Assembly: GCA_951804945.1 (NCBI GenBank)
Contig: OX638152.1
Coordinates: forward strand, 58,466,001-58,530,000
Reading direction: 5' to 3'
From: Podarcis cretensis
Taxonomy: Eukaryota
DNA: 64,000 nt
This document shows, piece by piece, positions 24,230 to 35,625 of this stretch; position 1 is the stretch's first letter; each line of letters begins with the position of its first letter. The translations under genes and the position numbers were made by a program. The notes under the pieces are model-generated. The model did not search any database. It was not told the origin of the DNA and saw only the letters and a program-made list of their open reading frames with translations.

Positions 24230-26292
24230 GACAAGATGGACTGTTTCAAGAAGTGGCAGAAAGATATTTCAAGGTTTGTCTGGCAGGGCAAGAAGTCCAG
24301 AATAAAATTCAAGATATTAACTGATGTAAAGGAAAGGGGTGGGTTTGCCCTGCCAGACTTTAAACTTTACTATGAATCAGCAGCATTCTGCTGGTTGAAA
24401 GATTGGCTGCTTCTTTCTTAATTTCTTCGAACTAGCTAAAATGACGCAGAGAATTAGAAACCAAAAGAATACAAAGTTAAATAACGACTGGATTAAATAT
24501 ATGAGATATATTGAAGGTAACTATAGTAACCTACCAAATATAGCAGGCTTGTTATGAAACTTTCGATGTATAGATAGATCAAATAATCCAACATCAGCTG
24601 TAAAAATGAAACTTTTAAAATTAAGAACCCGAAATCAGGAGGGAAGGAAGTCAGCAAGTATGTGTTATGTATCAGTTTATTTTTATTATTTTTTCTCATT
24701 GCTTTGGTGCTTTTTTTGTCACTTTTTTCTGTTATTTAATTTAATAAGTATTGGGCTTAATGCAAATCTTTTCTTTTTTGTATTAGTTGTTGTCTTAAAT
24801 GGTTTTGTCTTTTCTTTGTGTGTGTGTGATAAATGAAACTTAATAAAAAAGAATATCAAAAAAAAAAAGAAAGATTGGCTGCTTCTTGAGAACACTGACA
24901 TTTTGGATTTAGAAGGATTTAATAATGCTTTTGGGTGGCATGCATATTTGTGGTACGACAAGGTTAAAGTACATAAGGCATTTAAAAACCATATTGTCAG
25001 GAAAGCATTGTTTAATGTTTGGATAAGATATAAAGACTTATTGGAAAATAAAACCCCAAGGTGGTTGTCACCAATGGAAGCGAAAACTTTTAAAAAACTC
25101 AACATGGAGTCCAAATGGCCAAAATATTGGGAAATTTTAGAACAAGAGGGAGACAAATTGAAATTGCAGAGTTTTGAGAAATTAAAAAACAAAGTGCGAG
25201 ACTGGCTTCATTATTATCAGATAATGGAGGCTTACAAATTGGACAAGAAAATTGGATTCCAGGTGGAAAAATCGAAATTAGAAACAGAATTGTTAGAACC
25301 CAAAACTAAGGTTTTGTCAAAGATGTATAACTTGCTGCTGAAATGGAACACTCAGGATGAAACGGTGAAGTCTGCTATGATTAAATGGGCACAGGATGTT
25401 GGACATAATATTATGTTTGCTGACTGGGAACAGTTGTGGACCACCGGTATGAAATTTACGGCATGTAATGCCTTAAGAGAGAATATTATGAAAATGATTT
25501 ACAGGTGGTACATGACCCCAGTCAAGCTCGCAAAAATTTATCATATGCCCGATAATAAATGCTGGAAATGTAAAGAGATCGAAGGTACATTCTTTCACCT
25601 TTGGTGGACGTGCCCAAGGATTAAGGCTTTCTGGGAAATGATTTATAATGAAATGAAAAAGGTACTTAAATATACCTTCTTGAAGAAACCAGAGGCCTTT
25701 CTCCTGGGCATGGTTGGCCAATTGGTGCCAAAGAAGGATAGGATTTTTTTTATGTATGCGACAACAGCAGCAAGAATACTCATCGCAAAATATTGGAAGA
25801 CACAAGATCTACCCACTCTGGAAGAATGGCAGATGAAGATGATGGACTATATGGGATTGGTAGAAATGACCGGCAGAATCCGAGACCAGGGAAAAGAGTT
25901 GGCGGAAGAAGATTGGAAGAAGTTTAAAGACTATTTGCAGAAATATTGTAAAATTAATGAATGTTAGAATGATGTTGGACAGAAATCAAGTGGTTCCCAG
26001 CTGTAATGCTTTAAGAGATATGGAAAATAAGGTTTTGAAATAAGCAAAAACAAATGGAGAGGATTTGCTGAATTAATAATTTGAATTGGAATATAAGAAG
26101 GGGAGGTATGAGGAGGTCTGGAAAATAAGTTAGAAGAAAATAAGTAAAGGGAAATTTTATGTGTTTTTTCTTTTTCTTTTTCTTTAGTGGTTTTTGTACT
26201 CTTTTTGTATTTTTGTATTTTTGTGGTTTTTTTTGTTGTTTTACAATGTATTATTTTGGAAAGTTTCAATAAATATCTTATTAAAAAAAATT
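24230..26292 (+). mobile_element. 5'-truncated L1-clade LINE, copy B, interrupted by a nested L1
   Basis: ORF2 pieces FVWQGKKSRIK...GGFALPDFKLYY (24230-24415) and 24888-25967 join in frame. 14-bp TSD AAAACTGAGCTTGT at 24216-24229 and 26293-26306, at a TT/AAAA-type site. Confidence 0.96.
24416..24868 (+). mobile_element. Nested 453-bp 3' end of a different L1 family, with poly(A)
   Basis: Encodes LNFFELAKMTQRIRNQKNTKLNNDWIKYMRYIEG, homologous to the ORF2 end MDFMELAEMTGRIRDQ...DWKKF. Has AATAAA and poly(A). 19-bp TSD GAAAGATTGGCTGCTTCTT at 24397-24415 and 24869-24887. Confidence 0.93.
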
Positions 26293-26769
26293 AAAACTGA
26301 GCTTGTTTTGACTAGTTCAGTAATGATGGTTGTGTGAATTATCTCATCACATGCTGGTTGCACTGGCTGCCCAAATATAAGATCAAAACTTAGAAAAAAT
26401 AAGTCATTGTTTTCATACTGGCTAATAAAGTGTGGCTGGGTTGTTGTTGTTTTTCCTGTAAGTAGCTTTTTAAAGAAATGTAAATTTAGGGAAAAAGAAA
26501 CCGTGGTCTTAGTTTAGTCCCACAAAAATATTCGTAGTAACTTCTGTTCCCTTAACTTAAAATAGCTTCTGTCTCTGATTCTAACCACATAAAGGCAGAG
26601 TTCCGGGCACTCGTCTTCCTTTGCCTTCATGATAATGACAATAAGAACATTTCTGCCCACTGATGTGGCAACGAAGGGATGTGTGTTTCCTGCTGGCAGT
26701 TTTTCCATTAATATGAAATCTTTCTCTTTTTTTAGCTTTCCATTTTGTTTGTCCTAAATCTCTTGCTCT

Positions 26770-26911
26770 TAGAATCATAGAAACTGTGGAGTTGGAAGGG
26801 ACCACCAGGGTCATCTAGTCCATCCTCCTGCAATGCAGGAATATTTTTGCCCAATGTGGGACTCAAACCCACGAACCTGAAAGAGTCTCGTGCTCTACAG
26901 ACTGAGCTATC
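26770..26911 (-). mobile_element. tRNA(Lys)-like head plus CR1 3' tail SINE
   Basis: Minus strand reads GATAGCTCAGTCTGTAGAGCACGAGACTC...GTGGGTTTGAGTCCCACATTGGGC, then ATTCCTGCATTGCAGG..GGACTAGATGACC..GGTCCCTTCCAACTC..CTATGATTCT. The tail matches the CR1 end at ~60397-60470. Confidence 0.85.
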
Positions 26912-27303
26912 TGAAATTTTGCTAAGGTCTCTTCAACCATCTCAGTTCAAATGAAGTATCAATCATCTCACCTTGGTTCTAGGTGGAACATAATGTCAAC
27001 TGTATCAATGGCACTATGGATTATCCATAGCTTTGGTACCCTGTACTCTACTAGGAGCTGTTAGGGCTGGCACAGGGCACCTTCACACCTCTGTGTTGCT
27101 GCTGCACACAGGGAGCCTGTTCCCTGGACTGTGAGGTGTTCTTTGGTTCCAGGATGACTCCAACCATATAGGTGCTGCATTGGCTTACCTAACTGGCTTA
27201 GGAGGACTATAAAGATTTTCAGTCAATTTGGGACTTTGCTTTGACTCCATAGGCCAAATCTAAGTGACAATATTTCACACTTTGATAGTGTCTCCCCCTT
27301 AAT

Positions 27304-27433
27304 CAGGGTTTTTTTTTTCCAGCCAGAAGTTGCTGGAACTCTGTTCCGGCACCTCTCAGGCGAGTGCCATTGCCGTTATAAGAGAACAAGGGAGGTGTTC
27401 ATGGTAAGTTCCACCATCACTATTTTTTAGAAA
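27304..27433. mobile_element. Probable non-autonomous DNA element hosting or abutting the Sauria SINE
   Basis: CAGGGTTTTTTT..CAGCC start and internal GTTCCGGCACCTCT motif. The right end is obscured by the SINE and a microsatellite. Confidence 0.45.
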
Positions 27434-27436
27434 GAT

Positions 27437-27787
27437 AAGGTAAAGGTAAAGGTACCCCTGCCCGTACGGGCCAGTCTTGACAGACTCTGGGGTTGTGCGC
27501 CCATCTCACTTAAGAGGCCAGGGGCCAGCGCTGTCCGGAGACACTTCCGGGTCACGTGGCCAGCATGACATCGCTGCTCTGGCCAGAGCACACGGAAACG
27601 CCGTTTACCTTCCCGCTGGTAAGCGGTCCCTATTTATCTACTTGCACCCGGAGGTGCTTTCGAACTGCTAGGTTGGCAGGCGCTGGGACCGAGCAGCGGG
27701 AGCGTACCCCGCCGCAGGGATTCGAACCGCCGACCTTTCGATCGGCAAGCCCTAGGCGCTGAGGCTTTAACCTACAGCGCCACCTGC
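27437..27787 (-). mobile_element. Sauria SINE (Squam1)
   Basis: (AAGGTA)n is the reverse of the (ACCTTT)n tail. The body is the reverse complement of the 43420 copy. Confidence 0.93.
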
Positions 27788-27792
27788 CTTAA

Positions 27793-27794
<2 letters not shown>

Positions 27795-27831
<37 letters not shown>

Positions 27832-27849
27832 CGCGTGTGAGAGAGAGAG
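27795..27849. repeat. (GT)n(GC)n(GA)n compound microsatellite (Z-DNA prone)
   Basis: Seen directly in the sequence. Confidence 0.9.
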
Positions 27850-29237
27850 TGAGGGGGGGAGGTAACTAGAGCACCATGCTTTCTGCCATACAGCTGAAAA
27901 TCTACTCTTCAGTTGTTTGTGTCCTTCTGCCTCCACGTTCCCAATCCTTAAGCATTTCAATGTTTTTTTTCTTTTCTTTTATAAGGCATTGTGGTCACAC
28001 TAGTGTACACCTTTTTATTTTTAAAAAACTTGTACTTTTTGCTGACAAGATGTGAAATTGATAACAATGCTGACTTTGTATACAACACAATAGCTTTGCA
28101 CTGCTTGGGGCAGAAAAGCAGGTAATACAGAAAGGCAGACACAATATTTTAAGGGACTGCACCTGAGACTAGTTTGCAGAACACTATAAGCCAGCACCTG
28201 GCTCTAAGTAGCACAGTGCCCTTCTACATTATCTGGAGGGGTGTAAGGAATACGGTTTAAACCAGAAAAAGCATAACTTGTGAATGATTGTAATGTACAT
28301 TAATAGAAATAAAGAACATTCCCAAGTGATAATTAAAGTGATTTGAAATGTTCATGTGATTTCGGCTTAAATCAAGAAAATCTACCTCCAGCTCATGTTG
28401 GCATTCACCTGCTCCTCTTATCTTCTGAAGAATTCTAATGTATTCATATTAGGCCGCACCTGAGCACCTAGGTACATTATGACAGAGCTGCAGCTGAAAC
28501 AAGTCTCTTAGCAAAGAGACATAGAATTACTCCATAACCACCTTGTCAGAACAAGATAATTTCAACATTTTTGGTTTATTAAATTCAGTGCCAATGTAGA
28601 TTTGTAATATCTGTTTAAAATGAACTGTTTTTAAAGTCATTGCTTTGACACTGCTGGCTATTGTAGTCAGGTTTCTGAAAGGTCTAGGCTGTAAACCTGT
28701 TGAAAATGAGCAGATATGCCATGCTTCTCATTTACATTTTGCCTTGCTTCAGTTATGAGCCAGCGCATGTTGCCACTCAGTGCAGCAGGACAGAAATCAT
28801 TCCTTCCCTCAGTTTCCCCTGACACAGAGAGGAGGTTGTTTGAACATGATTCCAGATTAGTTTAGTTTAGTTTGGTAGAGGCAGAAGCCAAAAGTGGCTT
28901 ACTAACTGTGTGAGCTCAACAGGGTTTAAGGTTTAAGGCTGTATAAACATCAAGTAGCGAGCACAGTGAAGTGTTATGCAACTTGCCTTCAGGGGTAGTT
29001 ATGTGTCATGAAAAAAATTCTTGTCAGGAAAGGTAATTAATGCATGGGAGTCAGGATAGATTATAATAATGGAATGTGAAAACTGTATCTCCCATACATA
29101 GGGTGGGTGTGTGCACATGTGTGCTAGTTTGTAGTTGCCTTGGGCAAAGAATGAGGACAGGCCAGCAATCCAGTTGGGAGTAAAGCATGCTGTGATGGAT
29201 TTGGTCATTGCAATCTGCATTTTCTTCCTTAAAATAA

Positions 29238-29704
29238 TGTTAGGACTTGGATTGTGCTGCCTTGCGAGGTATGGTTACTCACCACTATGTTCCACTGCTC
29301 CCTAGAAGCCAAGGGGGGTGGCGGCGAGTTTTTGGGAGACTTGTGCCGCAAAAAGAACAGAGACCTGCATCTCCTGAATTAGTTGGTTTCCATATTTGTC
29401 CTTCTACTATCTTTAATATATTGTATTGGTGGCCACACGATACAGTTGTGGGTATTATTTGGACCCAGATTTTGCTGGGACAAGAAATTTCCAGAGGCTG
29501 TTGGCTGGCTTTGCAGATCTGGGGGGGGGGGTACCCTTCCTCACACTTAAATGGCATTCACACCCACACACCCACACACACACCGGAGAACTTCCTAAAG
29601 AGGTTTTGAAGGCAACATGGTTCCATGGCTTTGACTCTGAACAGAAGGTGGTAGTTGTCCTAGAAGAGGTGGAACTGAGACCTTCTTTCCCATAAACCCC
29701 ACAT

Positions 29705-29744
<40 letters not shown>

Positions 29745-30403
29745 AATAATAATAATAATAATAATAAATTTTATTTATATCCCGCCCTCCCCAGCCGAAA
29801 CCGGGCTCAGAGGCCTCCTTGGAGCCTTATATGCTGAGGTGGGGTATGGGGCACATCCCCAGGCCCAAGTTGGAGAATGGGCTTGCAGGGGGAAGAGCCC
29901 TCCCCACAAACTCACGGCGAAGTCCCTGGTCTCAAGTATGAGACTAATGGTCTGAAACCCATGATACCAAACCACTCCCAGAGACAGTTCTTCGTGAGAC
30001 TGACCTCTATGAGAAACCAAGTCCCACCACTCTGGACACTTTGCTTTCCAATTCCTGCTGTTCACTGGCACAGAGACCGCACCAGGTAAAGAAAAGAAAA
30101 GGTGAAAAGTTCTATGCTTCAGCCCTGAAGACTGTTCCTTTAAGGTTCTCCACATCCCAGACTGGGCCATGAAGGATATAAGACATATGGAGTTAGGACC
30201 TGTTAGAGAAAGTTCCTTGCACCTAGTGATCTGTCCATGGTCCTGCAAGCCTTGTATCCGAGCCACTTGTTTCTTGTAAACTCTGGACCTGTATCAACTT
30301 CCTGCCTCTGGACTGTCCTGCTGGTTGACCCTTATTCTTGTTATCACCCCAGACTACTTGTTAGCTAGCCTGCCTCCTGGACTATCTGTTCCACCTCAGG
30401 ACA
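29238..30403 (+). mobile_element. Possible decayed Gypsy-type LTR with an internal L2 tail/microsatellite insertion
   Basis: TGTTAGGAC start and CAGGACA end, TATA-like GATATAAG at ~30175, and a pyrimidine-rich GGACT-repeat 3' part. No clean TSD. Confidence 0.3.
29705..29766. repeat. (TGA)n(TAA)n microsatellite (tail of a short minus-strand L2-type end to ~29815)
   Basis: Seen directly, followed by TTTATTTATATCCCGCCCTCCCC. Confidence 0.9.
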
Positions 30404-30857
30404 AAACACATGGATCCCAGAATGAATTCTGGACCATTTGGGATGGCATCTCACTCCAAGAGGACTAGAATTAATGCTTTTCATCCAGTGTGATCTTATG
30501 TCACCACCTGCCAGTTCAAACTGTTGATGGGATTATAGGACATAACTACAGTACAAAAGGCTCTGCTGTTCTTTGCCCACCCAGATATTTTCTAATGTTT
30601 CAGGTAAAAAGGAGATTTGTGTATCTTTATTTTACTGTCCTTCGCTTCCAGTGGCTCATCATGGCTGCAAATATAAAATATATTGACACTACAGGGAAGC
30701 AGCAGCAGAGCAAGTTGCCATTGAATTTCATCAGAAATGAAACTTGAAGTGAATGTATAAATTCCTTGGGCATCTGAGGAATTTGAAGGGATTGGTAGAG
30801 TTTTGCTTTGGTAATTCTGCATGCCCATTGGGTGTCACAGCACTTGAGTATGTTGTT

Positions 30858-30897
<40 letters not shown>

Positions 30898-31879
30898 AAC
30901 CATTTGCAGGAAATGCAAAAATGAATTTAAGAGTTGCTTGTGAAAGTGGCTTCAGGTTGATGCCAAGCTCTGTTCTAAGTGCTTGCTAATGGCTTGATAG
31001 CATGCCTGTTCGATATACACTTGGTAGGAAGCAGCCATTAAATATAGCACTAGTGGCAGGTATATCATCATCAAAACATATTCCTAGTGAAGACAAGATC
31101 AATATTTATTTAGATCTTCATAACTGGGGATGCCAAATATTAAGTAACCTAATTGCTAAGGTTATTGAAATCTCATTGACATTGCAGGTCAGCTTGCATT
31201 CCTTGCAGCAGGTTTGCATCTGCAGGCTATGTTCACACATGCTGAGTTATTCTGTGGCAAACAGGGTGTCCCTAGGCAAACAAGGGTGTGGTTTGGTTTC
31301 CATTCTCCTAATAGATCCTTTAAAAATAGTTATGTGAAAGAATGGAATGGTTCCAAAATCTTTATGGAACTTTCGCTTCTTCATGCAGTATGTTACTTTG
31401 AAGCGCATTGTACTATTGTTGTATCTGCTTATTTATTTATTTTTTTAATAAGACATCCTTCCTATGACTATCAACCCTAACAGCAAGCCATATTACTGAA
31501 GCCACAGCATCTCTGTGTAGTGTTTTATCACTGGATGCTAACCTGATCCTGTAGGAATTAATAGGTCAGAAGCAGCACTTGGAATTATGCCTGGAAATTG
31601 GCATATCTTGTTAGGGCTGGGAGGGACCACTGCCTAAAACCCTGGAGGGCTACTGCTGAGCTAGATGGACCAATGATTTCATTTGGTATAAGGCAGCATC
31701 TTAAATTGATGGCTAGCCAGTGAATCTGGAACCGGAAATCACATGTTGAGGAGGCTCCTTGCCGTAGTCACTGTGAAGCCACAACATAGCAACCCAAACC
31801 AGCTACTCTTTCCATTGAGTTACTCTGTGAGAATGACACTGTGTAATCAAGCAGATGGAGCAACTACTCTATGAGGAAA

Positions 31880-32130
31880 GGCAAGAGAAGGTGAGTAAGA
31901 TTAGACATGCTAGAGGTGTTTAAAATTATGGATAGTGTGGAGGAAATGGATTGGGAGAACACCTCTCCTATAATACTATAACTGATATACATCCAATGGA
32001 ATGGAATGCTGGAAAATCCAGGACAGACAAAACAAAGGACATCTTCCCACAGAGCATAGCTCAACTATGGAGTTCAGTCCCACAAGGGGTAGTGATGGCC
32101 ACCAGCTTGGATGGCTTTAAAAGAGGACTA
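31880..32130 (+). mobile_element. Old CR1 ORF2 C-terminal fragment
   Basis: Peptide SRTDKTKDIFPQSIAQLWSSVPQGVVMATSLDGFKRGL. Confidence 0.8.
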
Positions 32131-33788
32131 GCTAGTCAACACTGGTGCAATGCACCCCACCTGTGTTTGCCATCAGTGAGCACCCCTTCAAATCACTCCT
32201 CACTATTCCTGCTTTTTGATTATATGACCAGTCAGTGGCCTGTTCCCATAAAACATCAACAGCCCCAAGAAAAAGTGCTGACATCGTTCCTCCTTCTCTG
32301 GTTCTTTTGCTGTTAAGTAAAACAGCTATTGTGAGTTTGTTGTCTGGTAACTGTGAATGGTTCTATCACTGTGCTGTTGCCATGATGATGCTTGACTAGA
32401 GTGTGGGATTTGACAAAATAATGTTTCTTAATGGATCTCCCTGTGAATGGACAATTAACCTGCAGGGATAGGACCTAGTCATGTGTTTGGCAGATTGGGT
32501 ATGAAAAACAACAGAGGGCCATTTGGAAGGAAGACAGAAAGCCAGAAATGGAGGGAAAGAAAGAAAGAGCAATGAATGACTTGAAGGTAAAGCTCCTTGG
32601 AGGGGATACCCAATTTTAGGGTTCATAGTTAATGAAGCTGTTCATGCTTGTTGTGGTAAGGAATTCTTGTTCCGGTTATCTAAGGATTACCTTAGTTCAC
32701 CTTCCCAGATGAAATGGAGATTTCTAGAGTCAAATAGCTGAGGCCAAGCCTCTAGGTAACTGCACCTGTGCTTGGAGGGGGGAAATCCCAGAATTTTATT
32801 GAACATTTTCCAGTTATAGCAATCTTGTTCAGAGCAGTATGCTTTTCTGGACTGTTGTTAGTATCTCATTGAATATTTACTCCCTACCTCATCTTTCCCC
32901 AAGGCACCTGTGTATGTTTGTTTTTAATTTGAAGGAATTCTGCAACTAGTTAGAACTGTATATCTTAAAACTTTTTTTTTTTTTTTTGGTTTGGATTAAA
33001 GATCCCTTTGCACAGAAATACATGACAGTTTCCTTCTTTTGTTTATGTAAGAGCCATACTTGGTGAAAGATTTCCCTGATTAATTATCTTACTTTATAAT
33101 CCTTGAATTGCCTTGCTCAAAATCACTTCTGTTTTGGAATGATCTGGCAGCTGTTCCCAATTCTAACAGCAAGTTCAGGCAGTGTTTCCACATAAACCTG
33201 CTCCCAGTGAGAAATAAACACAATGAAAAGTGACATAATTGAAACACAGGGCAATTCTACTTTGCACACTGCTGTTGTCAACTTGCAACAATACTGATGA
33301 CTAAATACAGTTACTTGCTCTACTAACAAGCTAGAGTCTTAGGAGGTAGCCTTAGATCAGACCTTTCATTGGTCCATTGGACCTCAAGAGGCTCACCAGG
33401 GTTTCAAAAAGGAGTCTGAAAAAGAAGAGGGAGCAGAGGTTTGGCTGGAAAATGTGGGTAATTGTTATATCATAGTTTTCATTTTGAGTTTCTTCATACC
33501 TGCTTTCTAATATGAAATGTCCAAAGTGTAAAGTGTATAAGCAATATTGATGGCTTGGATCCTAATTTAAGGAGGTTCATACAGTAGAAGGAAAGTTTCT
33601 CATCCACCCCTCCCTCTTGCAGCCCCCTGTGGCCACTGAACAGAATCTCCAGCAAGTCAAGAGATCTTCCTGAGGAATGTGAGTTGGGGCTCAGGGGGCT
33701 ATTGGAAGGGTGGATTACTGGCCCATATGAAACAGAATAAAAAAACACACCTTTCAGTAGCACCTTAGAGACCAACTAAGTTTGTTAC

Positions 33789-33826
33789 TGGTATGAGCTT
33801 TCATGTGCATGCACACTTCTTCAGAT
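33789..33826 (-). ncRNA. Minimal type I hammerhead ribozyme-like motif (Penelope-associated relic)
   Basis: Minus strand reads CUGAAGA-A-GUGUGC-AU-GCACAU-GAAA-GCUC-AUACCA. It has the CUGANGA and GAAA core boxes, stem II and a palindromic AGCU in place of stem III. The 5' strand of stem I is truncated by the inversion. Confidence 0.55.
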
Positions 33827-33882
33827 GCACATGAAAGCTCATACCAATAACAAACTTAGTTGGTCTCTAAGGTGCTACTGGA

Positions 33883-34254
33883 GATGGGACGCGGGTGGCG
33901 CTGTGGGTAAAACCTCAGTGCCTAGGGCTTGCCGATCGCATGGTCGGCGGTTCGAATCCCCGCGGCGGGGTGAGCTCCTGTCTTTCGATCCCAGCTCCTG
34001 CCCCCCTAGCAGTTCAAAAGCACCCCTAAGTGCAAGTACATAAATAGGTACCGCTTTATAGCGGGAAGGTAAACGGCGTTTCCGTGTGCTGCGTTGGTGC
34101 TGGCTCGCCAGAGCAGCTTCATCACGCAGGCCACGTGACCTGGAAGTGTCTGCGGACAGCGCTGGCCCCCGGCCTCTTAAGTGAGATGGGCGCACAACCC
34201 TAGAGTCGGACACGACTGGCCCGTACGGGCAGGGGTACCTTTACCTTTACCTTT
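33883..34254 (+). mobile_element. Sauria SINE (Squam1), full length
   Basis: GGGACGCGGGTGGCGCTGTGGGT head, GGTTCGAATCCC B box and (ACCTTT)n tail. 15-bp TSD TAAGGTGCTACTGGA at 33868-33882 and 34255-34269. Confidence 0.96.
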
Positions 34255-34905
34255 TAAGGTGCTACTGGAAGGATTTTTTTTTATTTTGTTTCAACTACGG
34301 CAGACCAACACAGCTACCTACCTGTAACTGACCCAAGTGAGAAAGGGATCTGTCCCTGATTTCCATCTTCCTCAGCAGCCTTCCATGCACTATCTATTGT
34401 ACATTGTTCAGGAGGGCCCACAAACCTCCAGAAAGGCTTTGGGAGCAGGGGGACAAAGGGATAGGAACCATTCTAACAATGCTGCGTGCAGCATCTAGCC
34501 TTCTCCATCTCCCCACCAATCTGTTTGCTTCCCACTTTCCAAGGATGCCCTATTCATATGCCATAACTCCTTCCAGATTCACACAGTGCACATTTTCTAG
34601 GCAATAAAGAATCAGCTTTGATATATACAGTAATAAGATGGCCAAGCTATCATGGGCTAAGCAATACAAATGTGATAGTGAACACTGTTCCAGGGACAGG
34701 GGGACCTATGGACCACCATACGCCATTATACTTCAATTCTCATCAGCCCCAGCCAGCATAGCCAAAGGCAAGCTGTAGCCCAATCTGGTGTGTGTGTGTG
34801 TGTGTGTGTGTGTGTCAGGTTAGCCAACAGTGTCCTAGTCTATTGTTCTCAAAAGTCACTAATAAAAGCTGCTATAGAGCTATATGGGAACATGCTAATG
34901 TATGA

Positions 34906-34948
<43 letters not shown>

Positions 34949-35328
34949 TCTAAATGGAAGCTGTGAAAGTGGTCTCATTTGAATATCTTCCCTACATTTT
35001 AACGAGCTATTTTTAAAAGTAATGTTCCTTAAGTGTGAGATTAGTTTTTCTTCTCCTTGAAAAAAACCCTTCAATTTACATGAAATTGTTAATGTAGGCA
35101 TTTAATTAATATGGACAAGAAAATGCTCCAAGTCATCTGGATCCTGCTCCTTCCAACATATATAACGCAGCTTCCAACATATATAAACACCATACCCTCC
35201 TTGGTTATTTTTTCCTTGCTGGAACATATCTCTGAACTCTAATAATGACTCTTGGTTGCTTGGATGGATGGATGACAGAGAAGGGTATGTGGATGTATAT
35301 TCAAGGATATGTGAGTGTGCATAGCTAC

Positions 35329-35625
35329 TGTTGTTGACATCCATCTGTCTCGGGAGATAATGGAGGAGTGAGGCTTTGGGGGTCAAAGTTAAACTGCTGG
35401 AAGGTTAGAGTGCTTGTTGTGGCTGTATTAAACTCAGTACATAACAAGACTGATATGGGAGAGCCATGTTTTGTTGCAGGTAAGGCAGATGAAAATGTCT
35501 GGTGGTGCTGCTGCAGGTACACCATGGCATTTCTTCTCTCTGGGCTCCTCCCAGAAGTCATTCCTCTTCTGGTCTCTTCTCTATCAGTCTGTTGCTCCTT
35601 TTCACCATCACTGTGTAACAGATTT
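35329..35625 (-). mobile_element. RTE-clade LINE 3' end
   Basis: Minus-strand peptide PPDIFICLTCNKTWLSHISL (decayed C2H2 finger), then CCATTATCTCCCGAGACAGATGGATGTC and a (CAA)n tail. Confidence 0.75.

Larger units (their letters stand above)
33729..34329. mobile_element. Penelope-like element terminal repeat in inverted arrangement, split by a Sauria SINE
   Basis: 56-bp inverted arms at 33755-33810 and 33825-33880 with 1 mismatch, extending beyond the SINE. Typical TTAGTTGGTCTCTAAGGTGCTAC...CAGACCAACACAGCTAC end. Confidence 0.85.

Noticed and set aside
20547-25967. 257-aa and 354-aa ORFs as host genes or a gene duplication
   Set aside because: They are L1 ORF2 C-termini in separate insertions, each with its own TSD and A-rich tail.
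26845-26911. tRNA-Lys gene, and tRNA-like heads at 3226, 17283, 33886, 39882 and 43422
   Set aside because: The cloverleaves are degenerate and run directly into SINE bodies, so these are not functional tRNA genes.
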